A stretch of DNA of 58,838 nt from a virus (IMGVR_UViG_3300036779_000075:1-58838), one strand, 5' to 3'. Numbered from the stretch's first letter, positions 9,848 to 19,229 are shown. The notes: generated from the sequence alone by a model not told the origin. A program made the numbers and translations.

Positions 9848-10514
9848 CGCGATGCGCACCGGGCTGCTCGACTGCATGACCGGCCCGTACCAGGGCAACG
9901 TGCTGCCCGCCGACGTGCCCTGGGGCGCGGACAACGGCCGCTTCGCCAAAGACGGCCCGCGCGGGGACTGGATCGGCCACGGCGCCTGGTACGAGTGGCT
10001 GGCCGGGCAGGTGGACCGGCACGGCGCGACCTCGTGCCGCTTCGCGGTCGCCCCCGACATCCCGTTCTCCGCCGCGGGCACCCTCACCGAATCGCTGCCC
10101 TGGCTCGCGAAGATCCGCGACCTCGGCATACCCGCCGCGTTCGCCGCACAGAACGGCTGCAACCTGCTCGGCGTCCCGTGGGACGACCTGGACGTGCTGT
10201 TCCTCGCTGGCGGCCCGGCCTACCCCGGCGCCCCCGAGTGGAAGACCGGCGAAGTCGCACTGCATCTCACCTGGGAAGCGCACGAGCGCGGCAAGTGGGT
10301 GCACATGGGCCGCGTCAACAGCCGCAAGCGCCTGACTATCGCCCGCAGTTTCGGTTGCGACTCCGTGGACGGCACCTACCTCGCGTTCGGCCCCGACATC
10401 AACCTGATGCGGCTGCGCGGGTGGCTCGACGCCGCCGACGAGCGCCCGATGCTCACCGAATTCGACCGACGCCGGGCGTTCGCCGCCGCCGACACCACCG
10501 AGACGAAGGACTGA
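9804..10514 (+). CDS. TGT/DpdA-like TIM-barrel protein (putative deazaguanine base-exchange enzyme)
   Basis: WGADNGRF (cf. TGT DSGGF), AVAPD, WVHMGRVNS, CDSVDGT; overlaps the VUT gene. Confidence 0.6.
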   Translation: MVRYMGTPSSPAVRDAMRTGLLDCMTGPYQGNVLPADVPWGADNGRFAKDGPRGDWIGHGAWYEWLAGQVDRHGATSCRFAVAPDIPFSAAGTLTESLPWLAKIRDLGIPAAFAAQNGCNLLGVPWDDLDVLFLAGGPAYPGAPEWKTGEVALHLTWEAHERGKWVHMGRVNSRKRLTIARSFGCDSVDGTYLAFGPDINLMRLRGWLDAADERPMLTEFDRRRAFAAADTTETKD

Positions 10515-10517
10515 CCG

Positions 10518-10994
10518 ATGATGAACACCCAGACTGCCCCGTACCCCCACGCGCTGGCCACCCTGATCGAGCACCTGCAGTACCGGCCCGGCTTCCGCAT
10601 CTGGCTGACCGACCCGGACTACGACCGAGGGCAAGGCAGCAAGGGCCTCACGCTGATCGTCCAAGCCAGCGTGCCGGACAGCTACCACCCCGAGCGCCAG
10701 ATCACCGTCAACCACCTCTTCCCCGTGCCGCCCGCCGCGTACGACGAGCGTTCATGGCAGCGGTGGCTGTTCGACCGCCTCGGCGAAGTCGAGACGCACG
10801 AGCGGTGCGAGTTCTTCCGGATCGACGGCTACCGCCCCTATGCACCCCATCACCAGCCAGGCGCTGACCCATACACCATCTACGAGGTAGGCACATGGGC
10901 GGAGGTGGACACCGATTTCCGAGGAAAGCGCAACCATCCCGATTCCACATCGGCTGAACCGGATCGACCCGGCGGCACGAACGGCGTGGTGTGA
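10518..10994 (+). CDS. conserved actinophage-type hypothetical protein
   Basis: Strong codon bias, AAGGA RBS; VETHERCEFF...YAPHH. Confidence 0.75.
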   Translation: MMNTQTAPYPHALATLIEHLQYRPGFRIWLTDPDYDRGQGSKGLTLIVQASVPDSYHPERQITVNHLFPVPPAAYDERSWQRWLFDRLGEVETHERCEFFRIDGYRPYAPHHQPGADPYTIYEVGTWAEVDTDFRGKRNHPDSTSAEPDRPGGTNGVV

Positions 10995-11010
10995 TGCGTG
11001 CAATCAAAGC

Positions 11011-11502
11011 GTGGACATCGCCAAGTCAACCGATAGATGCGGCTGGCAATGCGGCCCGGCAGACCGGGAACGCGCGCGCAGATGGCGCGCGGAGCATCCC
11101 GACCGGGAGCGTTCATCCAAGGCGGCAAACCAGGCCCGTGACCCCGAACGGTGGCGAGCGCAGAAACAAGCCAGCTCAGGCCGCTACTACGCCAAGAATC
11201 GCGAGCAGATCAACGAACGCGCTCGCGCCAAAACGGCCGAACTGCGAGCGTTGGCCATTGCCGCCTACGGCGGACGGTGCTCCTGTCCTGGCTGCCACGT
11301 TCACCACGCCGAACTGCTCACGATCGATCACATCAATGGCGGCGGCAACGCACACCGCAAAACCATCGGCCGCGGCAGCAAGGACTTCTACCGCTGGCTC
11401 CAGCGGCAGAGTTACCCGCCTGACTTCCAAGCCCTTTGTGGCTCTTGCAACTTGGCCAAAGCGGACCGGGCGCAGTGCCCCCTGGTCGGCCAAGAGCACT
11501 GA
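11011..11502 (+). CDS. HNH-type endonuclease
   Basis: CSCPGC...LTIDHINGGG...QALCGSCNLAK. Confidence 0.8.
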   Translation: MDIAKSTDRCGWQCGPADRERARRWRAEHPDRERSSKAANQARDPERWRAQKQASSGRYYAKNREQINERARAKTAELRALAIAAYGGRCSCPGCHVHHAELLTIDHINGGGNAHRKTIGRGSKDFYRWLQRQSYPPDFQALCGSCNLAKADRAQCPLVGQEH

Positions 11503-11568
11503 GCTGGACCAGCGGACGAGCTTCCGCGGCGAGCTGGCCGGGGGCGCCGACACGAGCGGGACGGGGGC

Positions 11569-12558
11569 GTGACCGTGACCGACCCGACCCCCGACTACGG
11601 CGACCCGTCCGAGTGGGACGACGAATGGCCCGAAGGCATCCCCGCCCGGATCGCCGACGAACTGCGCGCGCTCGGCTGGAACGTCACCGGCTGGAGCGAC
11701 GGCGCCTTCGAGATCGCGCTGCCCCCGTACCACGAGACCGGTGTCTGGCTCGGCGGCGGCGGGCGACTGTGGACCGGACTGCTCGAAAGCGACAGCACCT
11801 GTCGCAACCCGGTGCAGGTGACCGCGAACCCGTCCGACCCCGGCGAGATCGCCGCGAACGCCGATCCGCTGCTGAAGGAGATCGCCAAGAACGCCGAGCG
11901 GATGGCCGCGGCGATCGCGGTCGGCGTGATCGGGGCGTTCCTCGAAGCCCTCGCCGCCGACCCGCAGCCTTGGGGCGACCCGGCCTACCCCGCCGGGATC
12001 GCCGGTCCGGACGGGATGATCCACCTGACCGAGTACGCGCTGCGCACCCTGCACACGAAGTACTGGGACTACCGGACCCGGCTTCGCGAAGCTGTGGCCG
12101 AGCGTGACGCACTGCGCCGCGAACTCGGCGTCATCACCTCCCGTCCCGACGTCCGCCAGCTTGTCGCGAGCCTCCAGCGGCTCGTCACGCGGCCCGTCAC
12201 CGTCGCTGACGCGTCCAGCGCCATGGTCGTCACGACGATCCGGCACCTCGTCGGTCAAATCGCGCTGGGGCTCGGCGTGGGCGGCCAGGCGCCACAGGGC
12301 GCCTCACAGGGGCACGCTGAGCGGCCTGGGCCCGGTTCCGGACAGTTGGAGACGGAACACGCCCATCCGGGCCCGCAGCGGGCCGCTGGTGACGTCGGGG
12401 CGCCCCGCGCCTCGGACGTCGGCGTGTTCGAACAACTCACCGACGCGCCCGGCGCCATCGCCACCGCCGACGTGCACGCCCAGATCGCAGCCGACAAGCG
12501 GACGCCCCCGACCTGCGCAGGTTGCGATCTCCCCGAGACAAACTGCGCGTGCGGATGA
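11569..12558 (+). CDS. hypothetical protein
   Basis: 329-aa ORF, GC3-biased, ATGA-coupled to next gene. Confidence 0.65.
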   Translation: MTVTDPTPDYGDPSEWDDEWPEGIPARIADELRALGWNVTGWSDGAFEIALPPYHETGVWLGGGGRLWTGLLESDSTCRNPVQVTANPSDPGEIAANADPLLKEIAKNAERMAAAIAVGVIGAFLEALAADPQPWGDPAYPAGIAGPDGMIHLTEYALRTLHTKYWDYRTRLREAVAERDALRRELGVITSRPDVRQLVASLQRLVTRPVTVADASSAMVVTTIRHLVGQIALGLGVGGQAPQGASQGHAERPGPGSGQLETEHAHPGPQRAAGDVGAPRASDVGVFEQLTDAPGAIATADVHAQIAADKRTPPTCAGCDLPETNCACG

Positions 12559-13043
12559 ACGCCCGCTACGCCGCCGGGACCGAGGTCCCCGCTGACCGGT
12601 CGATCTCCGAGATCCGCCGCACCCTGCGCCGCTACGGCGCCACCTCGTTCGCATTCGGCGAGGATGAGCACGGCGCAGTCATTGGCTTCGCCGCGCACGG
12701 CCGCAAGGTCCGCTTCGTGCTGCCGATGCCCGACCCGCACGACGAGGCGTTCACCCTCACCCCGACCCGCAAGCGCCGCACTGACACGGCCGCGGAGGCG
12801 TTGTACGAGGCGGCGGTGCGGCAGGTCTACCGCGTCTTCGCCCTGGTGATCAAAGCCAAGCTTGAGGCTGTCGAGTCTGGGCTGGTCGAGTTCCAAGCCG
12901 AGTTCCTGGCGCACCTAGTGCTGCCGGGTGGCCAGACCGTTGGAGACGTGGTCGGCGGCAAGGTTGACGAGGCGTACGCGACCGGGCAGGTACCGGAGCT
13001 GATGCCCACCTACCGGCGTGAACTCGACGGCGGCCATCGATGA
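12555..13043 (+). CDS. conserved phage hypothetical protein
   Basis: YA.GT.V..DRS..EI...L.RYGA...KAKLEAVESG...AEFLAHLVLPGGQTVG. Confidence 0.8.
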   Translation: MNARYAAGTEVPADRSISEIRRTLRRYGATSFAFGEDEHGAVIGFAAHGRKVRFVLPMPDPHDEAFTLTPTRKRRTDTAAEALYEAAVRQVYRVFALVIKAKLEAVESGLVEFQAEFLAHLVLPGGQTVGDVVGGKVDEAYATGQVPELMPTYRRELDGGHR

Positions 13044-13237
13044 CCCGCCGCCTGCGCACCGACCGGATGCACGCCCGCGCCCGCGGCATCCGCACCATCG
13101 CGCTGCTACGCGACTCGCTCGCCGACATCGCCGCGAAGGTCCACAGCGGCGAGTGGAGTGTCGGCCGGGCGCGCGTCGAACTCGGGCTGCCCCCAACTCC
13201 CGAAGCCCTTAACCCGAACGGAGCCACCGAACGATGA
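13040..13237 (+). CDS. hypothetical protein
   Basis: ATGA-coupled on both sides. Confidence 0.6.
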   Translation: MTRRLRTDRMHARARGIRTIALLRDSLADIAAKVHSGEWSVGRARVELGLPPTPEALNPNGATER

Positions 13238-13692
13238 GCACCCTCACCCCCGAACAGGTCGCCGTACACACCGTCACCGACTTCCTACTCAACCTCACCG
13301 GACCCCTGACCATCACCCAAGCCACCCACCAGGCCCTACGCGAACTCCTGCTCTGGCACATCACCCTCGACAGCGACGAGCCAGAGGACAACCGGCTCAT
13401 CGCCAATCTCGCCAAGGCCTTCGACGTCGCCAACACCCCCGCCACAGCGGACCCGGAAACCACACGGCAGCTCACCGCCATCGCCCAGCAACTCGACATG
13501 CTGTTCCGAGTCGCGGCCCAATGCGCCACCTGCGCCGCCGAGATGCGGCAAGGCGCACGACCCGCAGCCAACGTCGTGAACGTGATCGTCGACGGCACCG
13601 GCTACTGCCACGAACACGTCGACCTCGTGGGCGGGCGGTTGGTGCCCAAGACGAGCAGCGGCCTGTACGTGCCGCCCGGACGGGTGGGCTGA
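13234..13692 (+). CDS. hypothetical protein with CxxC...CxxH
   Basis: CATC...GYCHEH. Confidence 0.65.
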   Translation: MSTLTPEQVAVHTVTDFLLNLTGPLTITQATHQALRELLLWHITLDSDEPEDNRLIANLAKAFDVANTPATADPETTRQLTAIAQQLDMLFRVAAQCATCAAEMRQGARPAANVVNVIVDGTGYCHEHVDLVGGRLVPKTSSGLYVPPGRVG

Positions 13693-13693
13693 C

Positions 13694-14038
13694 ATGGCCG
13701 ACGCCACGCCTGACGCGAAATCCGGAGGTCGTAGCGCCGTACCCCTAGGCGCAACTGGCGAAGCGGTGCGAGAAAACATCAGACGACTGCGCGCGGCTCA
13801 GGGCTTTTCGACACGCCAGCTTGAGCTACGGCTGGCCATGCTAGGTCGGCCGATCCCCTCATCAGGGATTACGCGGCTGGAGTTGGGGCAAAGGCGCGTG
13901 GATGTCGACGACCTCGTGGCGCTCGCTACAGCCTTCAACGTGACACCTGGGCAACTACTCACCCCGTTCGACTGCACCGTCTGCCACGGCCAACCGCCAG
14001 CAGGATTCACCTGCCAGACCTGCGGCGCGGAAGGGTAA
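13694..14038 (+). CDS. XRE-family HTH regulator with C-terminal Zn ribbon
   Basis: NIRRLRAAQGFSTRQL...ITRLELGQRRVDVDDLVALA; CTVC...CQTC. Confidence 0.85.
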   Translation: MADATPDAKSGGRSAVPLGATGEAVRENIRRLRAAQGFSTRQLELRLAMLGRPIPSSGITRLELGQRRVDVDDLVALATAFNVTPGQLLTPFDCTVCHGQPPAGFTCQTCGAEG

Positions 14039-14040
14039 TC

Positions 14041-14259
14041 ATGACCGACGATCCCGCCGCTGAGCGTGCCCGCTTCGGCGTCCTACGCGCCATCGCCACC
14101 CGCCTCACCCGCGACGCCTGGACACGCACCCACTGCACCCACACCCTCGCCCACGGCGGACGCGGAGTCGCCCACAACCCCGCATGCAACCAGGGGCCGA
14201 TCCGCATCCGATGGAGCGGACGCGCGCGCGACGCGTTGCCCGACCTCCGCAACAGGTAA
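14041..14259 (+). CDS. hypothetical protein
   Basis: Short ORF following the regulator. Confidence 0.45.
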   Translation: MTDDPAAERARFGVLRAIATRLTRDAWTRTHCTHTLAHGGRGVAHNPACNQGPIRIRWSGRARDALPDLRNR

Positions 14260-14372
14260 CGGAGGCAGCCCGCAGGACCGCCGCAGATACTTCCACTCCC
14301 AACCAAACCGCCCCGCACCCACAACCCCAACACCTCTCCCGCGCAGCCCCTCCGCCACGCCCCTGAATCGGT

Positions 14373-14378
14373 TACGAT
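14373..14378 (+). promoter_or_regulatory. possible -10 element of late-region promoter
   Basis: TACGAT in the intergenic gap before the packaging cluster; no clear -35. Confidence 0.3.
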
Positions 14379-14424
14379 CCCACACAGTGAGCAAGACTCA
14401 GCAACCGACCACCGGGGAGCAACC

Positions 14425-14754
14425 ATGGGCAGCATCGTCCAGGCCGCAGGCACCGAACTGCACAACCTCATCAGCACGCTCGAAGCCGAAGAGCACGCGC
14501 TCGCCGCACGGTTCCGCGCCGCGTTCGACGCACTCAAGGCCGACGTCCCCGAACTCGCCCACACCGCCGCCACCGACGCCGAACAGGTCGCCCAGACCGC
14601 CGAAACCCAGGGCCTCGCCGCCGCCGAGAAGACCGCCGTAGGCGACGCACAGAACCTCGCCACCGAGGCAGGGCACGACGTCGAGACCGCCGCCAGCGCG
14701 ACCACGACCCCGCAGCCCGAACCGAACCCGACGCCGGCCGAACCCACCGCCTGA
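14425..14754 (+). CDS. acidic Ala-rich hypothetical protein
   Basis: GGGGAG RBS; TGATG coupling. Confidence 0.7.
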   Translation: MGSIVQAAGTELHNLISTLEAEEHALAARFRAAFDALKADVPELAHTAATDAEQVAQTAETQGLAAAEKTAVGDAQNLATEAGHDVETAASATTTPQPEPNPTPAEPTA

Positions 14755-15272
14755 TGTACCAGCCGCAACCCGGCGACATCGGACTCACCCAGATCGAAGG
14801 CCGAGTCGGCCGCCTCATCCGACTCGGCCAATGGCTCAACGGCACCGGTTTCGCAGACTATGAACACGCCTTCGTCTACCTCGGCAACGGGCAGATCATC
14901 GAAGCCGAACCCGGAGGCGCACGCATCGTCGAACTCACCGAATACGACCAGCGCACTCTCGCCTGGCTCAAGTGCCCGCCGCAGTACGGCGAAGCCGTCG
15001 CTGCGGCGGCACACACGCTCGAACACGTGCCCTACTCGGCCGCCGACTACCTCGCCATCGCCGCCCACCGGCTACACCTGCCGCTGCCCTGGCTCAAGAC
15101 GTACGTGGCCAGCAGCAAGCACCTGATCTGCTCCCAGCTGGCCGACCGGGCCGCAGCCATGGGCGGATGGCAGCTCTACGACGACGGACGCTGGGACGGG
15201 TACGTCACACCCGGCGACCTGTGGGAACTCGTGCAGCGGCAGAACAACGCGGCCACCGCAACCTCGGCGTGA
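14754..15272 (+). CDS. Permuted papain-like (YiiX/YebB, NlpC/P60 superfamily) hydrolase
   Basis: PQPGDI, EHAFVYLG.GQIIEA (His), PYS, LICSQLAD (C-terminal Cys). Confidence 0.75.
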   Translation: MYQPQPGDIGLTQIEGRVGRLIRLGQWLNGTGFADYEHAFVYLGNGQIIEAEPGGARIVELTEYDQRTLAWLKCPPQYGEAVAAAAHTLEHVPYSAADYLAIAAHRLHLPLPWLKTYVASSKHLICSQLADRAAAMGGWQLYDDGRWDGYVTPGDLWELVQRQNNAATATSA

Positions 15273-15295
15273 GGCTGAAACACAGGAGTTGAAAC

Positions 15296-15808
15296 GTGAC
15301 CGGCGACCCGCAAGCGGACAACGCCCGTCTGCGCGCCCAGGTCGCCGAGCTGCGGGAACGCGGGTTCACCTACCGCGCCATCGCCTACGAACTCACGATC
15401 TCCCCGGCCACCGCGTGGCGATACCACGAGGCGTGGATCCGTGAACTGCGGCAGGGCAGTATCGACCTGCAAGCGCGTGCCGAGGCCGCGCTGCGCGAGC
15501 AGCACGAGATGCTGCGGACCGAGCGCGAGCGGCTGGAGATGGAGCGGGACGCCGCCATCGAGGTGCTCACCGCCCAGCACCTGATGGTCTCCAACGGCGT
15601 CCTGATCCGTAACGAGGAACACGAGCCGCTGGAGGACGACGGGCCCGCGCTCGCCGCGCTGGACCGGCTGATCCGGATCCGGGGCGACCTGGTCAAGCTG
15701 GCCGATCATGAGGCGAAGCTGCTCGGGCTGTACGCGAAGACCGAGGTCAACGTCAGCGGCGGCGTGACGTACCGGATCGTGGGCGTCGACCCGCAGGACC
15801 TGACGTGA
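15296..15808 (+). CDS. Terminase small subunit (HTH)
   Basis: ELRERGFTYRAIAYEL HTH; AKLLGL motif; upstream of terL. Confidence 0.75.
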   Translation: MTGDPQADNARLRAQVAELRERGFTYRAIAYELTISPATAWRYHEAWIRELRQGSIDLQARAEAALREQHEMLRTERERLEMERDAAIEVLTAQHLMVSNGVLIRNEEHEPLEDDGPALAALDRLIRIRGDLVKLADHEAKLLGLYAKTEVNVSGGVTYRIVGVDPQDLT

Positions 15809-16068
15809 CCACGGCCGGGCCGACGTGGGCTGACCTTGTGCGCGAGTTCGAACGCATCCCGCGCCGCCTGTCGCAGCCGCGCCCCGTCTTCCCGCAGGAC
15901 TGGGACCTCAGCCTAGCCAGGCGGCCGTCGGTGCTGTCCACTGAGTACCCGTTCACGATCCGCTACGCGGCCAGCGTGTGGGAACAGTTGCACCCGATCG
16001 GCGAGCTCTTGCGGCCCCACCGCATCCACTACCTGCCGAACCCGCGCAGCAACGTACGCAAGCGATGA
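15805..16068 (+). CDS. hypothetical protein
   Basis: GTGA/ATGA coupling between terS and terL. Confidence 0.5.
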   Translation: MTTAGPTWADLVREFERIPRRLSQPRPVFPQDWDLSLARRPSVLSTEYPFTIRYAASVWEQLHPIGELLRPHRIHYLPNPRSNVRKR

Positions 16069-17393
16069 GCGTCGCCGACACGGTCGTCCGCTTCGAGCCG
16101 CGCGGCGCCGTCCTCGACGCGTTCCGCTCCAAAGACGGCGAGCTACTGATCAGCGGCGCGGCCGGCACGGGCAAGTCCGTCGGCGCCCTGATGAAAGTCC
16201 ACCTCGCGATGCTCAGCACCCCCGGAGCCCGCGCCCTGCTCGCCCGTAAAACCCACGCCAGCCTCACCGCATCGACCCTGGTCACCTTCCGCCAGAACGT
16301 CGCCGCCGAAGCCCTCACCGCAGGCATCGTCAAGTACTACGGCGGCTCAGGAGCCGAAGCCGCCGCCTACCGGTACCGCAACGGCAGCACCATCGTCGTC
16401 GGCGGCCTGGACCGGCCCAGCCGCCTGCTCTCGACCGAGTACGACCTCGCGATGGTCGACGAAGCCACCGAAACCGACCCGGAAGACATCGACACGATCA
16501 TCACCCGGCTGCGGCACGGGCGACTGTCGTATCAGCAGCTGCTGATGTGCACGAACCCGGCCGGCCCCACGCACCACCTCAAGGCGCGCGCCGACGCTGG
16601 CCGCGCCCGGATGCTCTACAGCCGCCACGAGGACAACCCGCGCATGTTCCAGGACGGCGCGTGGACTCTGTACGGGCAGACCTACCTGGCGCGCCTGGAG
16701 ACGCTAACCGGGGTGCGTTACCAGCGGATGCGCTGGGGGAAGTGGGTCGCGGCCGAGGGTCTGGTGTATCCGGATTGGGATCCGGCGGTGCACCTGGTGG
16801 ACCGGATGCCTCCGGGCTCCGAGAACTGGCAGCGGTGGTGGGGCATCGACTTCGGGTTCTCCAACCCTTTCGTGCTGCTGTGCTTCGCCGAAGACCCGGA
16901 CGGCAGACTGTGGCTGTATCGGCAGATTTACATGAGCCACAGGCTAGTGGAAGACCATGCCAAGCAGATCAAGGCCATCGTCTGCCCCGACGGCGTGTGG
17001 CGTGAGCCGCGCCCGCGTGGCATCGTCGCCGACCACGACGCGGAAGACCGGGCCACCTTCGAACGCCACTTCGGGATGTCCACCACGCCCGCGCGCAAGT
17101 CCGTCTCGGATGGCGTCCAGGCGATGCAGGCCAGGTTGCGTGTCCAGCCCGATGGCAAGACGCGCTTCTACGTGGTGCGCGGCAGTCTCGTCGAGCGTGA
17201 CCCGGAGCTGGTGGAGGCGAAGAAACCGACCTGCTTCGAGGACGAGATCGCGGAGTACGTGTGGCCGCACGACGTGAAGCCGGACAAGCGGGAGAACCCG
17301 GTCAAGGAGAATGATCACGCTATGGACACGGGCCGGTACGTGACTGCGGAGCGGGATCTGGGTGGCCGCCCGAGGGTGCGCGTCCTCGGCTAG
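16065..17393 (+). CDS. Terminase large subunit
   Basis: Walker A GAAGTGKS, Walker B MVDEATE, CTNP, GIDFGFSNP, NDHAMD. Confidence 0.95.
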   Translation: MSVADTVVRFEPRGAVLDAFRSKDGELLISGAAGTGKSVGALMKVHLAMLSTPGARALLARKTHASLTASTLVTFRQNVAAEALTAGIVKYYGGSGAEAAAYRYRNGSTIVVGGLDRPSRLLSTEYDLAMVDEATETDPEDIDTIITRLRHGRLSYQQLLMCTNPAGPTHHLKARADAGRARMLYSRHEDNPRMFQDGAWTLYGQTYLARLETLTGVRYQRMRWGKWVAAEGLVYPDWDPAVHLVDRMPPGSENWQRWWGIDFGFSNPFVLLCFAEDPDGRLWLYRQIYMSHRLVEDHAKQIKAIVCPDGVWREPRPRGIVADHDAEDRATFERHFGMSTTPARKSVSDGVQAMQARLRVQPDGKTRFYVVRGSLVERDPELVEAKKPTCFEDEIAEYVWPHDVKPDKRENPVKENDHAMDTGRYVTAERDLGGRPRVRVLG

Positions 17394-17821
17394 GCGGCGT
17401 AGCGGGTGGCGCTGGCCAGCAGCTCGGCGGCGACCCGGTGGTAGCAGCGTCCGCTGTACCGGTGTCCCGAGCAGGTGCAGGAGCCCTCAACCGTGTCGAT
17501 GATGTATGTGTTGGTGCCGTCGCTGGAGGTGGCGAACCATAGGCCGGGGCGGCTGCCGGGGATGATGCCGTCGGTCTCGATCAGGTCGATCGCGTTCGTC
17601 TTCGCTGACTTGGCGTCGCGGAATGCGGTCAGGTCGACGACCTCGGCGCGCAGGAGGGCGGGGAGGGTGATGCGCTGGTGGAGGGATGCGGTGTCGATGA
17701 CCCAGCGGCCGTGCTGCTTGGTGGCGGTGATGGCGCCGTAGCGGGCCCAGGTGCGGATGGTTGCGGGGGTGACGCTGGCCATGCGGGCTGCGGTCGCGGT
17801 ATCGGTGGTCTCCGTCGTCAT
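17390..17821 (-). CDS. HTH + SWIM zinc-finger protein
   Basis: TATAARMASVTPATIRTWARYG (MerR/Xis-like HTH); CTCSGHRYSGRCYH (SWIM CxC-n-CxH). Confidence 0.8.
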   Translation of the reverse strand: MTTETTDTATAARMASVTPATIRTWARYGAITATKQHGRWVIDTASLHQRITLPALLRAEVVDLTAFRDAKSAKTNAIDLIETDGIIPGSRPGLWFATSSDGTNTYIIDTVEGSCTCSGHRYSGRCYHRVAAELLASATRYAA

Positions 17822-17856
17822 GTCTACATAGTATGCCTACCAACTATACATGTCAA
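17822..17856 (-). promoter_or_regulatory. Consensus housekeeping-sigma promoter, leaderless
   Basis: TTGACA(17856-17851)-17 bp-TACTAT(17833-17828)-6 nt-ATG. Confidence 0.85.
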
Positions 17857-17904
17857 CGAGGTAGGCCTAGAGACAGGGCATACAGACTGTGCAATCATAG
17901 GCTT

Positions 17905-18120
17905 ATGCCCGAACCCGACGACCGCATCCGCAAGCTCCGCGCCGAACGCGAGAACCTGCTCGAACAAGCCGAACAGTTACGCCAGCAGATCCTCGCCGAG
18001 GTACGCGGAGCTTTCCCCGCCGAAGGCAACCCGCCGCGCGGGATGCTTACCCGTATGGTCAACGCCACTGGCTGGACGCGGGCCTATGTCTCCGACATCC
18101 GCAAGGGGAAAGTGACCTGA
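17905..18120 (+). CDS. small coiled-coil + HTH protein (likely repressor of the divergent gene)
   Basis: MLTRMVNATGWTRAYVSDIRKG. Confidence 0.7.
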   Translation: MPEPDDRIRKLRAERENLLEQAEQLRQQILAEVRGAFPAEGNPPRGMLTRMVNATGWTRAYVSDIRKGKVT

Positions 18121-18572
18121 TGACCGACATCCACCAGTTCTTGGCTGCACGACTCGACAAGGCTGAGGCCGCCGCGCACGCCGCCGCGCAATCCACCGCC
18201 AGCACCGCCGCAGCCGAGGACGGCGGTGAGGCGCCGCGCTGGAGCACCGTCGCCGGCACGAAGCTGTGGTCCGACCCGGACGGGCGCATGTTCGGCGAGA
18301 CCGGCCACCCCGCGTCGGCCGCGCACATCGTCTACTGGGATCCGGCCAGGGTGCTCGCCGACATCGCAGCCAAGCGCGCGATCCTGGCCAGCCTTGCCGT
18401 CTCCCGCAGCGACATCGAAGGCGCGCTCGCGAAACTCCCCGACGACGCACCGATCGAGGTGAGCGCAGCGCTCATCTCCACGCTCGGCATGATCGGCGTC
18501 ACAGAGAAACGGCTCGCCGATCCGTTTGCCGACCACACTGACCACGAACCGGCGTGGAAGCTCGATGCCTGA
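18120..18572 (+). CDS. DUF6221-like hypothetical protein
   Basis: FLAARLD..E; HIV.WDPARVLADIAAKRAIL; LADPFADH.DH..AW. Confidence 0.7.
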   Translation: MTDIHQFLAARLDKAEAAAHAAAQSTASTAAAEDGGEAPRWSTVAGTKLWSDPDGRMFGETGHPASAAHIVYWDPARVLADIAAKRAILASLAVSRSDIEGALAKLPDDAPIEVSAALISTLGMIGVTEKRLADPFADHTDHEPAWKLDA

Positions 18573-18831
18573 CTGGTCCGGCCTGACGCCACGCGAGACA
18601 GCCGCCCTCGACCAGTTCGGCGCCAAGTTCCGCGACATACAGCAAGAACTGTGCGCCTCGCTCCAGCGAACCGGAGACGCCCTCACCGCCATGTGCACCG
18701 CCCTCAAGGACTTCGGCGATGAATTGCAGGTCACCGGATTCCAACTCGCGATCGAGGACCAGGAGGCGCTCGCCGAGCACCCGGACCTTCTAGACGCTGA
18801 TCGGCACCTTGACGACTGGTACGGAGGCTGA
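18565..18831 (+). CDS. hypothetical protein
   Basis: Overlapping ORF with phage-like codon use. Confidence 0.55.
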   Translation: MPDWSGLTPRETAALDQFGAKFRDIQQELCASLQRTGDALTAMCTALKDFGDELQVTGFQLAIEDQEALAEHPDLLDADRHLDDWYGG

Positions 18832-18832
18832 C

Positions 18833-19075
18833 GTGCGTTTCTACTTCGACTACTCACGCTCTATCCGCTGCCGGTTCGGCCGCCACGACCAGGGCGACGC
18901 GGAACACGGATGTCAGGGCGGCTTCAAGCCACTGTTCCGTGGCTGCGCAAGGTTCTGCCTGTGCCCGTGCCACGAGCGGCCGTCGAGCGCGCTGAGATGG
19001 GACGATCCACGCTCCGCCGTGCGCTACCGCAGCCCGCTCACGTATGACGCGCCCCGACGACGCGCGACCGATTAG
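18833..19075 (+). CDS. small Cys-rich protein
   Basis: GGAGG RBS; CRFGRH...C...C..FCLCPCH. Confidence 0.55.
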   Translation: MRFYFDYSRSIRCRFGRHDQGDAEHGCQGGFKPLFRGCARFCLCPCHERPSSALRWDDPRSAVRYRSPLTYDAPRRRATD

Positions 19076-19090
19076 CCCGTCCCGCCCCCT

Positions 19091-19127
19091 GTAGCGCCTC
19101 GGCTGAGCTTCCCGGCCGGGGCGCTGC
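19091..19127. terminator. Hairpin between convergent ORF and tRNAs
   Basis: gtagcgcctcggctg ... cggccggggcgctgc. Confidence 0.6.
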
Positions 19128-19142
19128 TCTATGCCGCCGTCG

Positions 19143-19226
19143 CGGAAGGTGCGGGACTCGAACCCGCAACGGTGTCACCCGTGACGCTTTAGCAAAGCGC
19201 TTGGCACGCCAGATGCCAGACCTTCC
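19143..19226 (-). tRNA. tRNA-Ser(GCT)
   Basis: Acceptor GGAAGGT/ACCTTCC, G73, anticodon arm GCGCT-TTGCTAA-AGCGT, long variable arm, T arm GCGGG-TTCGAGT-CCCGC; no encoded CCA. Confidence 0.85.
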
Positions 19227-19229
19227 CTG

